A stretch of DNA of 64,000 nucleotides from Octopus sinensis (Eukaryota): positions 77,314,001-77,378,000 of the forward strand of contig NC_043003.1 in NCBI RefSeq assembly GCF_006345805.1, in the 5' to 3' direction. Below, piece after piece: positions 24,654-35,322 of the stretch (within the stretch, counting starts at the first letter, position 1; the number at the start of each line of letters is the position of its first letter). Both the position numbers and the translations under genes were made by a program. The notes below the pieces were generated by a model. That model did not search any database and was not told the DNA's origin. It saw only the letters and a program-made list of their open reading frames with translations.

Positions 24654-27028
24654 TCTTTCAGTTTCTGTCTACCAAATCCACTCACAAGGCTTTGGTCGGC
24701 CCGAGGCTATAGTAGAAGACACTTGCCCAAGGTGCCACGCAGTGGGACTGAACCCAGAACCATGTGGTTCGTAAGCAAGCTACTTACCACACAGCCACTC
24801 CTGCACCTACATCTTTTATCTATATATATACATCTTGTTTCAGCCATTAGGTTGTGGCTATGCTGAGGTACTGCCTTGAAGATTTTTCAAGTCAAATGAA
24901 TCAACACCGGTGCTTTTTTTTTTTAAGCCTGATACTTATTCTACCAGTTTTTATTTTTTATTTTTACCAAACTGCTGAGTTACAGGGACATAAACACACC
25001 AACACTGGTTATCAAGCAATGGTACAGAACAAATATAGACACAAAGACAAACACACACACATACATATATACACATATAACTGTATACATACAAGGGCTT
25101 CTTTCAGTTTCCATCTGCCAAATCCACTCATAAGACTTTGTTCAGATAGGAGACACTTGTCCAAAGTGCTATACCACACAACCACAAGGTTCAGTCACCA
25201 CTGCATGGTTAAGAAGTTCCCTTTCCACTAACTTGTGGTTTTAGGTTCAGTCCCACTGCATGGCACCTTGGGCATATCTTCTATTGTAACCTATGGTCAA
25301 CCAAAGCTTTCTATGTGGATATGGAAGAGAAAAATTGAAGAAACCTGGCTTACATATACCATAGTACAGAAATATTGATTACTTAAAATCTAAAAATAAT
25401 CAATATTTCATTACAATAATTCTTACCATTTATTTATTTACTTATTTATTCTAAATTTACAGATTGGAAATTTTTAATAACCAAGTTATAATAATAGTTT
25501 TTTAAAAAAAGATTTAGAGAGAGTTTTCTACAAAAGAAGGCTGAAATGGAATTAACGAGAAATGCTGAAAGAAAATGGAAGGCTGAAAACAAGAGCTTTT
25601 TACAGGAAATTGGAGATACTTGGCTACGTTTTCTACCAAATTAGTAATTTTCTTCTCAATTTATATTTAAAAAATATAGTTAGATTGTATATGCAGGCAA
25701 ACCTAGAAATTGGCAAGATTAAATATCTATCAAATATAATATTTATATTAAAATATTTATGAATATTTTTAATTTTTATAAATATATTCATAATATTTAT
25801 AGATATATTCATAATATTTATTTATAAATTTTCATGAAATAATTCAACATATTGCTAATAAATACAATTGAATAATGGAAATTTATACAGTTTTTTCCCC
25901 ATGTGTAATATTTAGATATAATTATTCAAGTAATTATGCCTATTCTATTTACATTTTAGAAGGGAAATGAAGAAAGAGAAGGGAAAAGAAGGAAAGATAA
26001 TTAAAAATGGAGATTTGTTAAAAAATTAGAAAGAAAATAGGTAAAATCTAGTAAGAAATAATAAGAAGTAATAGAAATAATCTTGCTAATATTTCAAGAC
26101 ATGGAAACAGTAATTTTTAAGTTGAAACCAGAGACAATACAAGAAAGTTTAATGAGAAAGATCATACCAACATCCTTGAAATCATTTTAATGTTCATTTT
26201 TTCAGGCTTTTATAGGCAGGACCAAATTTGTTGAAGCAGATTTTTCCAACCTTCACCAGTTTTCAAGTAAGGTAATATTTCCCCCATGACCATCCATATT
26301 TTCACAGAATATTGGAAACAAAGGACACTGCTAGCACTATGGTAACAGCCATTTACAATTAACAGGTGATGTCAAGGCGAAGACACATTAATATACATAC
26401 ACACGCATGCGTGCACACACACATGTACACATACATACATGCATGCACACGCACGCACACACACACACACATACATACATACAACAGGGTTATTTCAGTG
26501 TCAGCCCAAGGCTATAGTAGAAGCTACTTGCCGAAGGTATCATGGGGACTGAACCCAGAACCAAGTGGTTAAAAGCAAACTTCTTACCACACAACAACAA
26601 TTGTGCCTCAATTTTATTTTTATTATGGCTTCACAAAATATAGACAGGCATCAGCTGCTACTTGTTTTGTGGAGCCTCTGATAATGGTGAAGGGAAAAGG
26701 TCAAAGAAACTATGAATCATGACTTATCTTCAGATCAAGGACCAGGTCTAAATATTTACAAAGTCCCTAAGAACTTGGTGGTGCTGAACTTGGTGGTGCT
26801 CGATGATTAGATTGAGTCTTGTAAACTGCTTCATTGGACTTGTACTCCAGCCACATAGCTAGTCAAGAAATAAACAAGCTGACCATTAGGAAATCTCTGG
26901 CATCTCAACATTACATGACTTCTCTTATCCAAGTATCCAGAAATTTGAAAACGCTGTTCAAATAAGAGACCTCAATGCAATATTTTGAAAATAAGATTAT
27001 TAAATTTCAGTCAGTTAAAAGTTACCAG

Positions 27029-27029
<1 letters not shown>

Positions 27030-27115
<86 letters not shown>

Positions 27116-27956
27116 GTGTGTGTGTGTAAGAAGTTTGCTTCCCAACCACTTGGTTCTGGATTCAGTCTCACTTTGTGGCACCTTGGGCAAATGTCTTCTA
27201 CTATAGCCCTGGGCCAACCAAAGTCTTATGAGTAGATTTGGTAGATGGAAACTGAAGGAGGAAAGAGGAAAAACAGGAAAGTCCAAAGGGAAAGAAGGAT
27301 GAAAAATTGCCAACAGTCCATGTGTGGTTACATTGCTGAAGTGAGCGGAAGTAGGAGGAAGAGTGTGAAGATGGTTGGTTGGTGAGTGTATGTGTATGTG
27401 TGTGAAGATGGATGGTCGATTGTATGCATGTGTGTGTGTATCTGTGTGTGTGGTGTGTGTATGGTAGCATGTGTGCATGTGGTGGTAACTGTGTGTGTGC
27501 TTGTGATTGTGTGAGTAGTCTGTGTGTGTGGTGTGTGTATGGTAGCATGTGTGCATGTGATGGTAACTGTGTGTGTGCTTGTGATTGTGTGAGTAGTCTG
27601 TGTGTGTGTGTGGTATGTGTGTGTGGTGTGTGTATGGTAGCATGTGTGCATGTGGTGGTAACTGTGTGTGTGCTTGTGATTGTGTGAGTAGTCTGTGTGT
27701 GTGTGTATGTGTGTGTGGTAGGATCTGTGTGAGTGCGTCTTAATGTTGCTCTGAGAGGTCAGCAGCTATAGTGACAGGTGTGTGGATGGGTGGGTGTGTA
27801 TGTTTGCATGTGTGCATTGACGGAAGGGTCAATATTGAGTCAGAGGCAGTGTGAAGGGTGTGTGTAGGCTGTGTGTTGGCATGTGTGCATAGACTGAGTG
27901 GAAATGTATGTATGTGTGTGTGTGCACATGTGTATGAGTGTGTGTGTCTCTCTCTC

Positions 27957-27989
<33 letters not shown>

Positions 27990-27990
27990 G

Positions 27991-28023
<33 letters not shown>

Positions 28024-28285
28024 TACATGTGAGTGTATGGGGGGGAATGTCTATGCATGTGTGAGAATCTGTGTGGAAGTGTATGTACATGCTTGTGTGC
28101 ATGTGTGTGTGCATTGTATGTGTTATGTGTGTGGAGATATATGTGCGTGATCATGTGTGTGTGTATGCGTGCATGCAGAAGAGAGGGGTGAGGTGGAGTG
28201 TGAGGTGCGTTAGTGTAGCTAAGGATGTGGGCATGCATGTGTGTGTGGTGTGTGTGTACATGTGGGCATGCATGTGTGTGTAGTG
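27030..28285. repeat. (TG)n/(CT)n microsatellite field containing a ~70-bp TG-derived minisatellite
   Basis: Visible directly; the unit gtatggtagcatgtgtgcatgtg..gtaactgtgtgtgtgcttgtgattgtgtgagtagtctg recurs three times in 27460-27700. Confidence 0.9.
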
Positions 28286-28580
28286 TGTGTTACAGGAATA
28301 TAAAAATAATATAAATATATAAGGAAAAATAAAAATTAGTAATAACAAAATAAATGAGAAAGATTATTCTTTTATTCTTTTACTTGTTTTAGTCATTTGA
28401 CTGCGGCCATGTTGGAGCACTGCCTTTATTTGAATGAATTGATCCCAGAACTTATTCTTTGTAAGCCTAGCACTTATTCTATTGGTCTCTTTTGCTGAAC
28501 TGCTAAGTTACAGAGGCGTAAACACACCAACATTGGTTGTCAAGCAATGGTGGAGGGACAAATGCAGACACAGTAAACAT

Positions 28581-28620
<40 letters not shown>

Positions 28621-28889
28621 GTATGATGAGTGTTTTTTAGTTTCCATCTACCAAATCCACTCACAAGGCTTTGGTTGGCCCAAAGCTATAGTAGAAGACA
28701 CTTGCCCAAGGTGCTACGCAGTGGGATTGAACCCAGAACCATATGGTTGGGAAGCAAACTTTTTACCACAGCAAAAAAAAAAATCAGTAACAGAAACAAA
28801 TAAAAATAATTAAAATAAAATAAAAAATAATAAAATAAAAGATTAAAAAAATAAATGAATAAAAATAAGATAGAATAAAATATTTCTTT

Positions 28890-29235
28890 TAAAGAGGGGT
28901 GTGGGGCATGTCAGAGAGGCAAGAGTTATGTTGAGTCCGAAAGGGTATTAGTGCATAGAGTGAAAAGGTAATGCTGTTCCAGGCGAAGTCTAGAATTGGT
29001 GGATCCATGGTGTAGGGCAACGCTGATGATAGTGAGGTCTGGGGTGGAGTGGTTGGCCAAGCAAAAATGATAGGCGATGAGGGTGTTCTTACATAGGGGA
29101 ACATCTAATAGGTGTTCGGTGAACCAGTCAGCTAGCCAGTGGCCCGTCTGACCAATGTAAAGTTTATTGCAAAGATTGCACATGATACTGTAAATGAGGC
29201 TAGGAGTTCCTAATGAGGAGGGTGTGCTGGTTGGA
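28890..29235 (-). mobile_element. Penelope-like element, GIY-YIG endonuclease remnant
   Basis: LIYSIMCNLCNKLYIGQTG..LADWFTEH...HF...NH...RLRLEQHYLFTL, the CCHH-type GIY-YIG of PLEs. Confidence 0.82.
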
Positions 29236-29949
29236 TCCAGCGAAGGAGGTGGTGCTGATGATATGTGTGTGTGTGTATACATATTAATATAATCTTTTAA
29301 TATCAACTTTCTATGCTGACATGGGTAGGATGGTTTGACAGGAAACTGACAAGCTGCTGGGCTGTGTCAAGTTCCACTATCATCTTTGGCATGGTTTCTA
29401 TGGCTTCCTAATGCAAACAACTTTACACGTGTACTGGGTACTTTTTCCATACTACCAATAAGAGTTTATCTTGTAACTTGCCAGACAAACAAGAATAAAC
29501 AAAAAAAAAGAAATGGGAAACGCTGCCACCACTAAGAGGAACTATTTGGAAAACGGAAGGTGACAGTGGGTAGCTGAATGCCAGTTGTTGAAAGGCTAAA
29601 GTATGATAGAGGGACAAGCACAAGTGTCTTACTAAAGAGAAGATACAGGGCTGAAGGAGATAAGAGGAAGGTAGGGACGTGGTACTAAAGTGGACTGAAA
29701 GAACAAGGTGAGCATCAGAGAGGATGCAGACAATGGGTCATGGGAGGAGATGAGAGATGTGTGTGTGTGTGTGTGTGTGTATTCTCTCTTTTTATTCTTC
29801 AAAACGTAATGGTTATGACAGTTCCATTTTTCTTAACAAGGTTCTTTACATTTTTATTGAATCATGAAATGGCAAGTTTATGGAGCTACAAGGGTTGGAG
29901 AGTAGAGGATAGAAAAGACAGTGTTCTTAGCACACTCGCCTTCTCCACA

Positions 29950-31395
29950 TTCACAGATGGTTAAGCCAGTCTTGTAGTCCTATCTGACCAGACCCATTTT
30001 TGGTTATCCCATTCTCATTCTCAGGTGGCTCAGTGTCATTCACTTAAGCAATGATGCTTCTGAACCAGAATGGAGATCTTCAGTAGGGATATTTCCATGT
30101 CAGTTGCAGGCAGTTCACTCTCAAATTGTTCAGTCCAAATCTAGGGTCTGGTCTCTTCCCAAGATGTAGTTAAGGGCTGGGCATGACTGAAGAAGCATTT
30201 TTTTTTACTGCAGTCATTGATATCTGTGGAGAAGTTAAGATTTATCGCTAGTAGCCCTTGTCATCTCAATTCAACTCTGGCCACTTCTTATCTGATATTA
30301 ACAGGAGCAGCAATGCCATTGAGGAGGTGCGGGTTGCTTATGCTGATGGGATTCATGCAGCTAGTGATTAGGTGGCAGGGGTTGTTTAATGCTGGGTCAA
30401 GTTTTTTAGGTTGATTTCTCCCACACAGAACACATACTCTGTAAAGGAAGAGTACAAGGTCAAAGCAGATCTAATTGCCCCCTCATTTAGGTGTTTTTAA
30501 GGAACCAACTTTTAATTTGATGTTTTTGACATGCTCCTCCAAGAGAGTGTGGTCCAAGGTTACTTCAAAGTAATCAAAGTAGGTAGTGTTCCCATGATAT
30601 TCCAGACCATTTGATGTTAAGAAGTCAGCTACTTTCACTTTTCCTGAAATGGAATGAGCACATTTGAGTTTTTGAGGATTGGTATGTAGGTGGTATGTTC
30701 ATAATAAAGGAGTAGATCATATAGGTCTGATTTGAGATTTGCTTCCACTGCTTTAAATGTACCCTTTTCAGATATATATTAGCGACAGAGGCAGTATTAG
30801 TATTTACCTGCACTTAAGCATGGATGTTCTGTTAGAACAAACTATACTGTGGTAGTTACCATGAGATCATATTGGCTTTTTGATCCAAAATGTACTCTTG
30901 TTTATATCACTAGCAATGAGATAAACCCATGCCATCTTCAACACCGAGACTGCCAGATTGTGTGATTTCAACCTTGTTTAGTCTTGTCAATGACGGACAC
31001 CCAACAAAGATACACTTATCTTTTAGGAACATTCCAATGAGGTCTGTAAGCACCAGGTCTTTTGTCAACTCCCAAGACACTTTTCAAATGGAGGCAGTGA
31101 TTCATAGTCATACGTGGCAGACAGATCGATAAAAACAGCTCCTGTTATCAGTCCTTTTGAAGACCCAACCTCAATATGCCGAATGAGATTCAGAAGTTGA
31201 CTTGTAGATCTGTCAGGTTGAAATCCAGCTTGTTGAGAAATGATGGCTGGTTCAACAGCAGAAGCACACCTGTTAAGAATCAGATACTCATAGCAGAAAG
31301 GTTGGATGGAAGTTCTTTGAAGATACTCCAATATCCGTTTCATTGATGGTTGCAAGGTGCAATATTTTTACCTTTGTGATATAGTCACGAAACTA
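29950..31395 (-). mobile_element. Decayed LINE RT region, Ingi/Vingi-like (clade tentative)
   Basis: QQAGFQPDRSTSQLLNLIRHIE...GAVFIDLSATYD, then remnants of YL.VTLD and ALNNPCHLIT; many stops and frameshifts. Confidence 0.68.
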
Positions 31396-31397
31396 AA

Positions 31398-32350
31398 TCA
31401 TCATCATCATCATCATTTAACGTCTGCTTTTCATGCCAGCATGGGTTGGACGATTTGACTGAGGACTGGCGAACCAGGCTCCAATCTGATCTGGCAGAGT
31501 TTCTACAGCTGGATGCCTTTCCTAACGCCAACCACTCCGAGAGTGTAGTGGGTACTTTTATGTGCCACCGACACGAGAGCCACTGAGGCAGTACTGGCAA
31601 CAGCCACGCTCAAATGGTGTTTTTTACATGCCACCTGCACGGGAGCCAGTCCAGCGGCATTGGCAATGACCTTGCTCGAATGTTTTTTCATGTGCCACCA
31701 GAACAAGTGCCAGTAAGGCGATGCTGGTAATGATCATGTTTGAATGGTGCTTTTTACGTGCCACCAGCATGAAAGCCAGTTTGCTGCTCTGGCAACAATC
31801 ATGCACAGATGGTGCTCTTAGCGCTCCACTAGCACAGATGCCAGTCATCGAATTTGATTTCAATTTAACTTGCCTCAACAGGTCTTCGCAAGCAGAGTTT
31901 AGTGTCCAATGAAGGAAAGGTACACATAAGTGGGTTGGCTACACCCCTGGCATAGGCCACGAGGTTATGGTCTCTCTTGGCTTGCTGGGTCTTCTCAAGC
32001 ACAACATTGATTTGAATAAGTTATTACATCAATGGAAATCGTAGCTGTGATACCAGTGCCGGTGGCACATAAGACAACCATCCGAACGTGGCCATTGCCA
32101 GCGCCGCCCCGACTGCCTCCGTGGCAGTGGCACGTAAAAAGCACCATCCGATCGTGGCCGTTTGCCAGCCTCATCTAGCTCGTAAAAAGCACCCACTACA
32201 CTCATGGAGTGGTTGGGCATCCAGCCGTAGAAACATTGCCAGATCAGACTGGGCCTGGTGCAGCCTCCTGGCTTCCCAGACACCAGTTGAACCGTCCAAC
32301 CCATGCCAGCATGGAAAGCGGATGCTAAACGATGATGATGATGATGATTA
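31398..32350. mobile_element. Two RTE-type 3' tails, head to head (minus ~31398-32000, plus ~32035-32350)
   Basis: Same tail as 45600-45910, with (TCA)n at the left end and (GAT)n at the right end. Confidence 0.8.
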
Positions 32351-32351
32351 C

Positions 32352-33357
32352 AAGGAAACAGAAAACTCTTGTTGATTGTAAATCATTTGTCACTAACTTC
32401 ATTTCGAAATTGGTGCTGTATGAGACTAACATTTCAAAACATCAATTTCCTTAATTCCCACAACTTGATTCTTTAAAAGATCAATTGATTGATGAGGATT
32501 TAACTACATATCGCAACTATTACAATCATTGCATGATGGCATGGTGGAGCGATTTCAAGATGTTATTGCACTGAATATTCCAAACTGGTATAGCAATCCA
32601 TTTGAGGTCGATGCAGTTGATGCGAGGATGATGATCAGGATGAATTGATAGAATTACAAAATGACAATGATGCCACACTGTGATATCACCATAATGGCAA
32701 AGGTTTGTGGTACCATCAAAGTATATTGAATTCTTACTCCCAATCTGTAGAAACGTCTGAAATTACTTTTGCTTGCCTTCCCTACCTCGTATCTGGTTGA
32801 ATCTGGTTTTAACCATGTTGGAACTTTACTTTCCCATAAAAGAATTGGACTGGATGTAACACAACAAGGAGACTTGCAGCTAAAGTTGACAAATTTGAAA
32901 CCGAATGTATTTGCACTAGCTGCATCGCACCAGACACATGGTTCTCATTAAAAAGTTGTACTCTTTTCCTTTATAATACAATCATTAATTATTTTTGCAT
33001 CGGTAGTTCTGGTCAATAGTTCATTTGGGGAAAATAAAACCAAGTGTAAAAGAAAGCGCAAGTTTATTAAAGTTAATCTGTCTGCATAATATAAAGTTAA
33101 CGTTAGAATTTTATTCACACTAATGGCAAAACTAAACCCACAATAAGGGATTTGTAAACAACTGCATATTTAGTCCAAACGGCACTAACCGGGCAACGAA
33201 TATACGACATAGTGTGTGTGTGAAATGATACAAGGGGGTTCTCCTAGGGTTAGGGAGAGTTGTGTCAATAATTTTTAAACAGATGGGCGATGGAGCATTT
33301 TTTTGGCTGATAGGTGGGTGATATTGCAATTTGGCATGAAAAGTTTGGGAAACACTG
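32352..33357 (+). mobile_element. hAT (Buster-like) transposon, 3' remnant
   Basis: Broken frame ending LAFPTSYLVESGF...GDLQLKLTNLKPNV..LAASHQTHGSH*; right TIR equals the reverse complement of CAGTGTTTCCCAAAC; flank gtaTAgat fits NNNTANNN. Confidence 0.82.
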
Positions 33358-33620
33358 GTATAGATGAATATGTGTGTGTATAATTTTTACTCAAAGTTTC
33401 ATTATCACTGGTAGCTACTCCGTTCCAAAGTGCTGATCAGTATAGATATAGCTTTAAATAAAAATTGTTCAGCACTACTTGCTTAATTGTATACACTAAC
33501 ATTTCTCAAGAAGATAGTTAATATTATCATGACGAGGTGAAAGGGATATCTTACATATTAAAACTGAAAACGTCTGTGTGTGTGTGTATCGGTATGTCCG
33601 CATTTTGCACTAAAACGGCT

Positions 33621-34175
33621 TGTAGTGACGTTATACAACAGTGCGCGCGCGCAACGTCATTTTCAGTGTGCGGGTGCGGAACGTCCTTCTTCAGTGTGCG
33701 TGTGCGGGGTTGGAGCCTTCTGGAAAGGCAGAAGATAAGTGCCCTCTCGGACATGCGCGAAGACTGAAGAAGGAATTGCTGATGTGGCATTAGCTGATAG
33801 GCGAGGGACAGCGTTCCCTTAACAAGGGCACAGAGAGACACGCATAGCAGCAGAAGCAGAACGCCTTCATACGAAATTGTGGCAGACCTATTTTCTCCAC
33901 TGTCTCTGGACGCTAAGATTTGACTTGCTCTGTTTTGCTGCTGAACTTGTTGTAAGATTCTTACAAGTGTTAAAGTTCAGCCTTGCCACACCAGAACCAA
34001 GTGGATACCAATATACCACCTTACTTCTTTCTGTGAATAAGAAAATAAAGAATATATATATTTTAAGGTTGCGTTCGTGTTCCTTGACTGGTAGATTCTG
34101 GAAATTAAAGAACGGAAATTGTGTTGCACCTGGGTTGCACCCCAAAAGTGTAAGAAGCAACGAGTTCCCGTTACA
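33621..34175 (+). repeat. 5' LTR (TG...CA)
   Basis: Aligns without gaps to 38692-39246; about 10 substitutions by eye (about 98% identity). Confidence 0.95.
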
Positions 34176-34176
34176 G

Positions 34177-34188
34177 TGGTGACCCCGA
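34177..34188 (+). other. Primer-binding site TGGTGACCCCGA, complementary to the tRNA-Trp 3' end
   Basis: Starts 1 nt after the LTR; reverse complement TCGGGGTCACCA matches the known 3' end of metazoan tRNA-Trp(CCA). Confidence 0.88.
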
Positions 34189-34593
34189 GTTCTGGTCATA
34201 GACCAGAGAACACTCAACAAAGATTTAGTTTCTACCGAGTCTGAACCACAATCAACCTGCACAGTCATCATCTTTCAACAATTTGTTTCCAGTCGCCTCA
34301 AACAGTTTCAGCTATTTCATCTTAGCACACGCGCACGAAAAAGAAAAAAAAAATTTTTTTTCGTTTAAGACGCGACGAAGGTTGGTAAAAAAAAAAAAAA
34401 ATTTATTCTCTGTGCACACAGTACAAAAAAAAAAAAAAACATTTTTTTTGTAAATTGCACATATAAAAAATTTTATTGGTTCAATTGCTGGTCTTTCTTT
34501 TTCCCTTTTTCCTTGTTGCGTCTGTTCAACGTTGATTCTTTGACAGAACGTTGATTCTTTGACAGAATCATCTAAAAGTTAAAAGCTATAAAA

Positions 34594-35322
34594 ATGTCTC
34601 TAACATCATTACCTAATTTCACAGGTGATGCCACACTGTGGTTTGCGCAGCTAGAGGCACAATTTTGTGCACATAATGTTTCTTCTCAGCAGCAGTTGCA
34701 AATCCTGTATGGTTGTATGCCTCCTCAACTTGCAACTACTGCCAGAGATCTTATCACAGATCCTGGCCCAGACGCCACTTATGCGTCTGTTAAATTAGAA
34801 GTGGAGAAGAGGAACACTAGAAGCGAGGAAAGTCGCTTCAATGAATTAATGGCGGATGGGAAGTTGGGAGATAGGACTCCTTCTGAATTTTTGAGAAGAC
34901 TAAGAGAGTTGAGCGGTAAAGCTGCAGACGCTCCTCTCCTTCCCAAAAAATTTTTTTCAAGGTTGCCCGCCTATATACAAACTGTTTTGGCAACCGCTTT
35001 AGAGTCCAATACCGTGGACCATATAGCAACAATGGCAGATAAAATGGTTGAATTTGCCGTTCAACCATCGTCACGGTCTGCTTGTGTCTGCTCACAAGCT
35101 TCTTCAGCCTCATTTGAGGGACTTTCTAAACAAATAGAAAGTCTCACCAAAAGGATGGACGCGATGGCAAGCGATGGGAAGCGATTTTCAAGATCGCGGA
35201 GTCGCAGCCGTTCATCGTCACGTTCCACACAGTCAAAGTCCGGACTGTGTTGGTATCACTCCAATTTTGGAGAGAAAGCACATAAGTGCATACAGCCATG
35301 CACCTATAAACCTTTAAACTAG
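34594..35322 (+). CDS. gag: Retrotransposon Gag (242 aa)
   Basis: LP.F...[11 protein letters not shown]-terminus; [18 protein letters not shown] (CHCC) knuckle at 35248-35301. Confidence 0.93.
   Translation: MSLTSLPNFTGDATLWFAQLEAQFCAHNVSSQQQLQILYGCMPPQLATTARDLITDPGPDATYASVKLEVEKRNTRSEESRFNELMADGKLGDRTPSEFLRRLRELSGKAADAPLLPKKFFSRLPAYIQTVLATALESNTVDHIATMADKMVEFAVQPSSRSACVCSQASSASFEGLSKQIESLTKRMDAMASDGKRFSRSRSRSRSSSRSTQSKSGLCWYHSNFGEKAHKCIQPCTYKPLN

Noticed and set aside
25518-25644. Coiled-coil-like frame ESFLQKKAEMELTRNAERKWKAENKSFLQEIGD
   Set aside because: Ends in TAG with no convincing donor, the acceptor is A-rich, and no homology is recognised.
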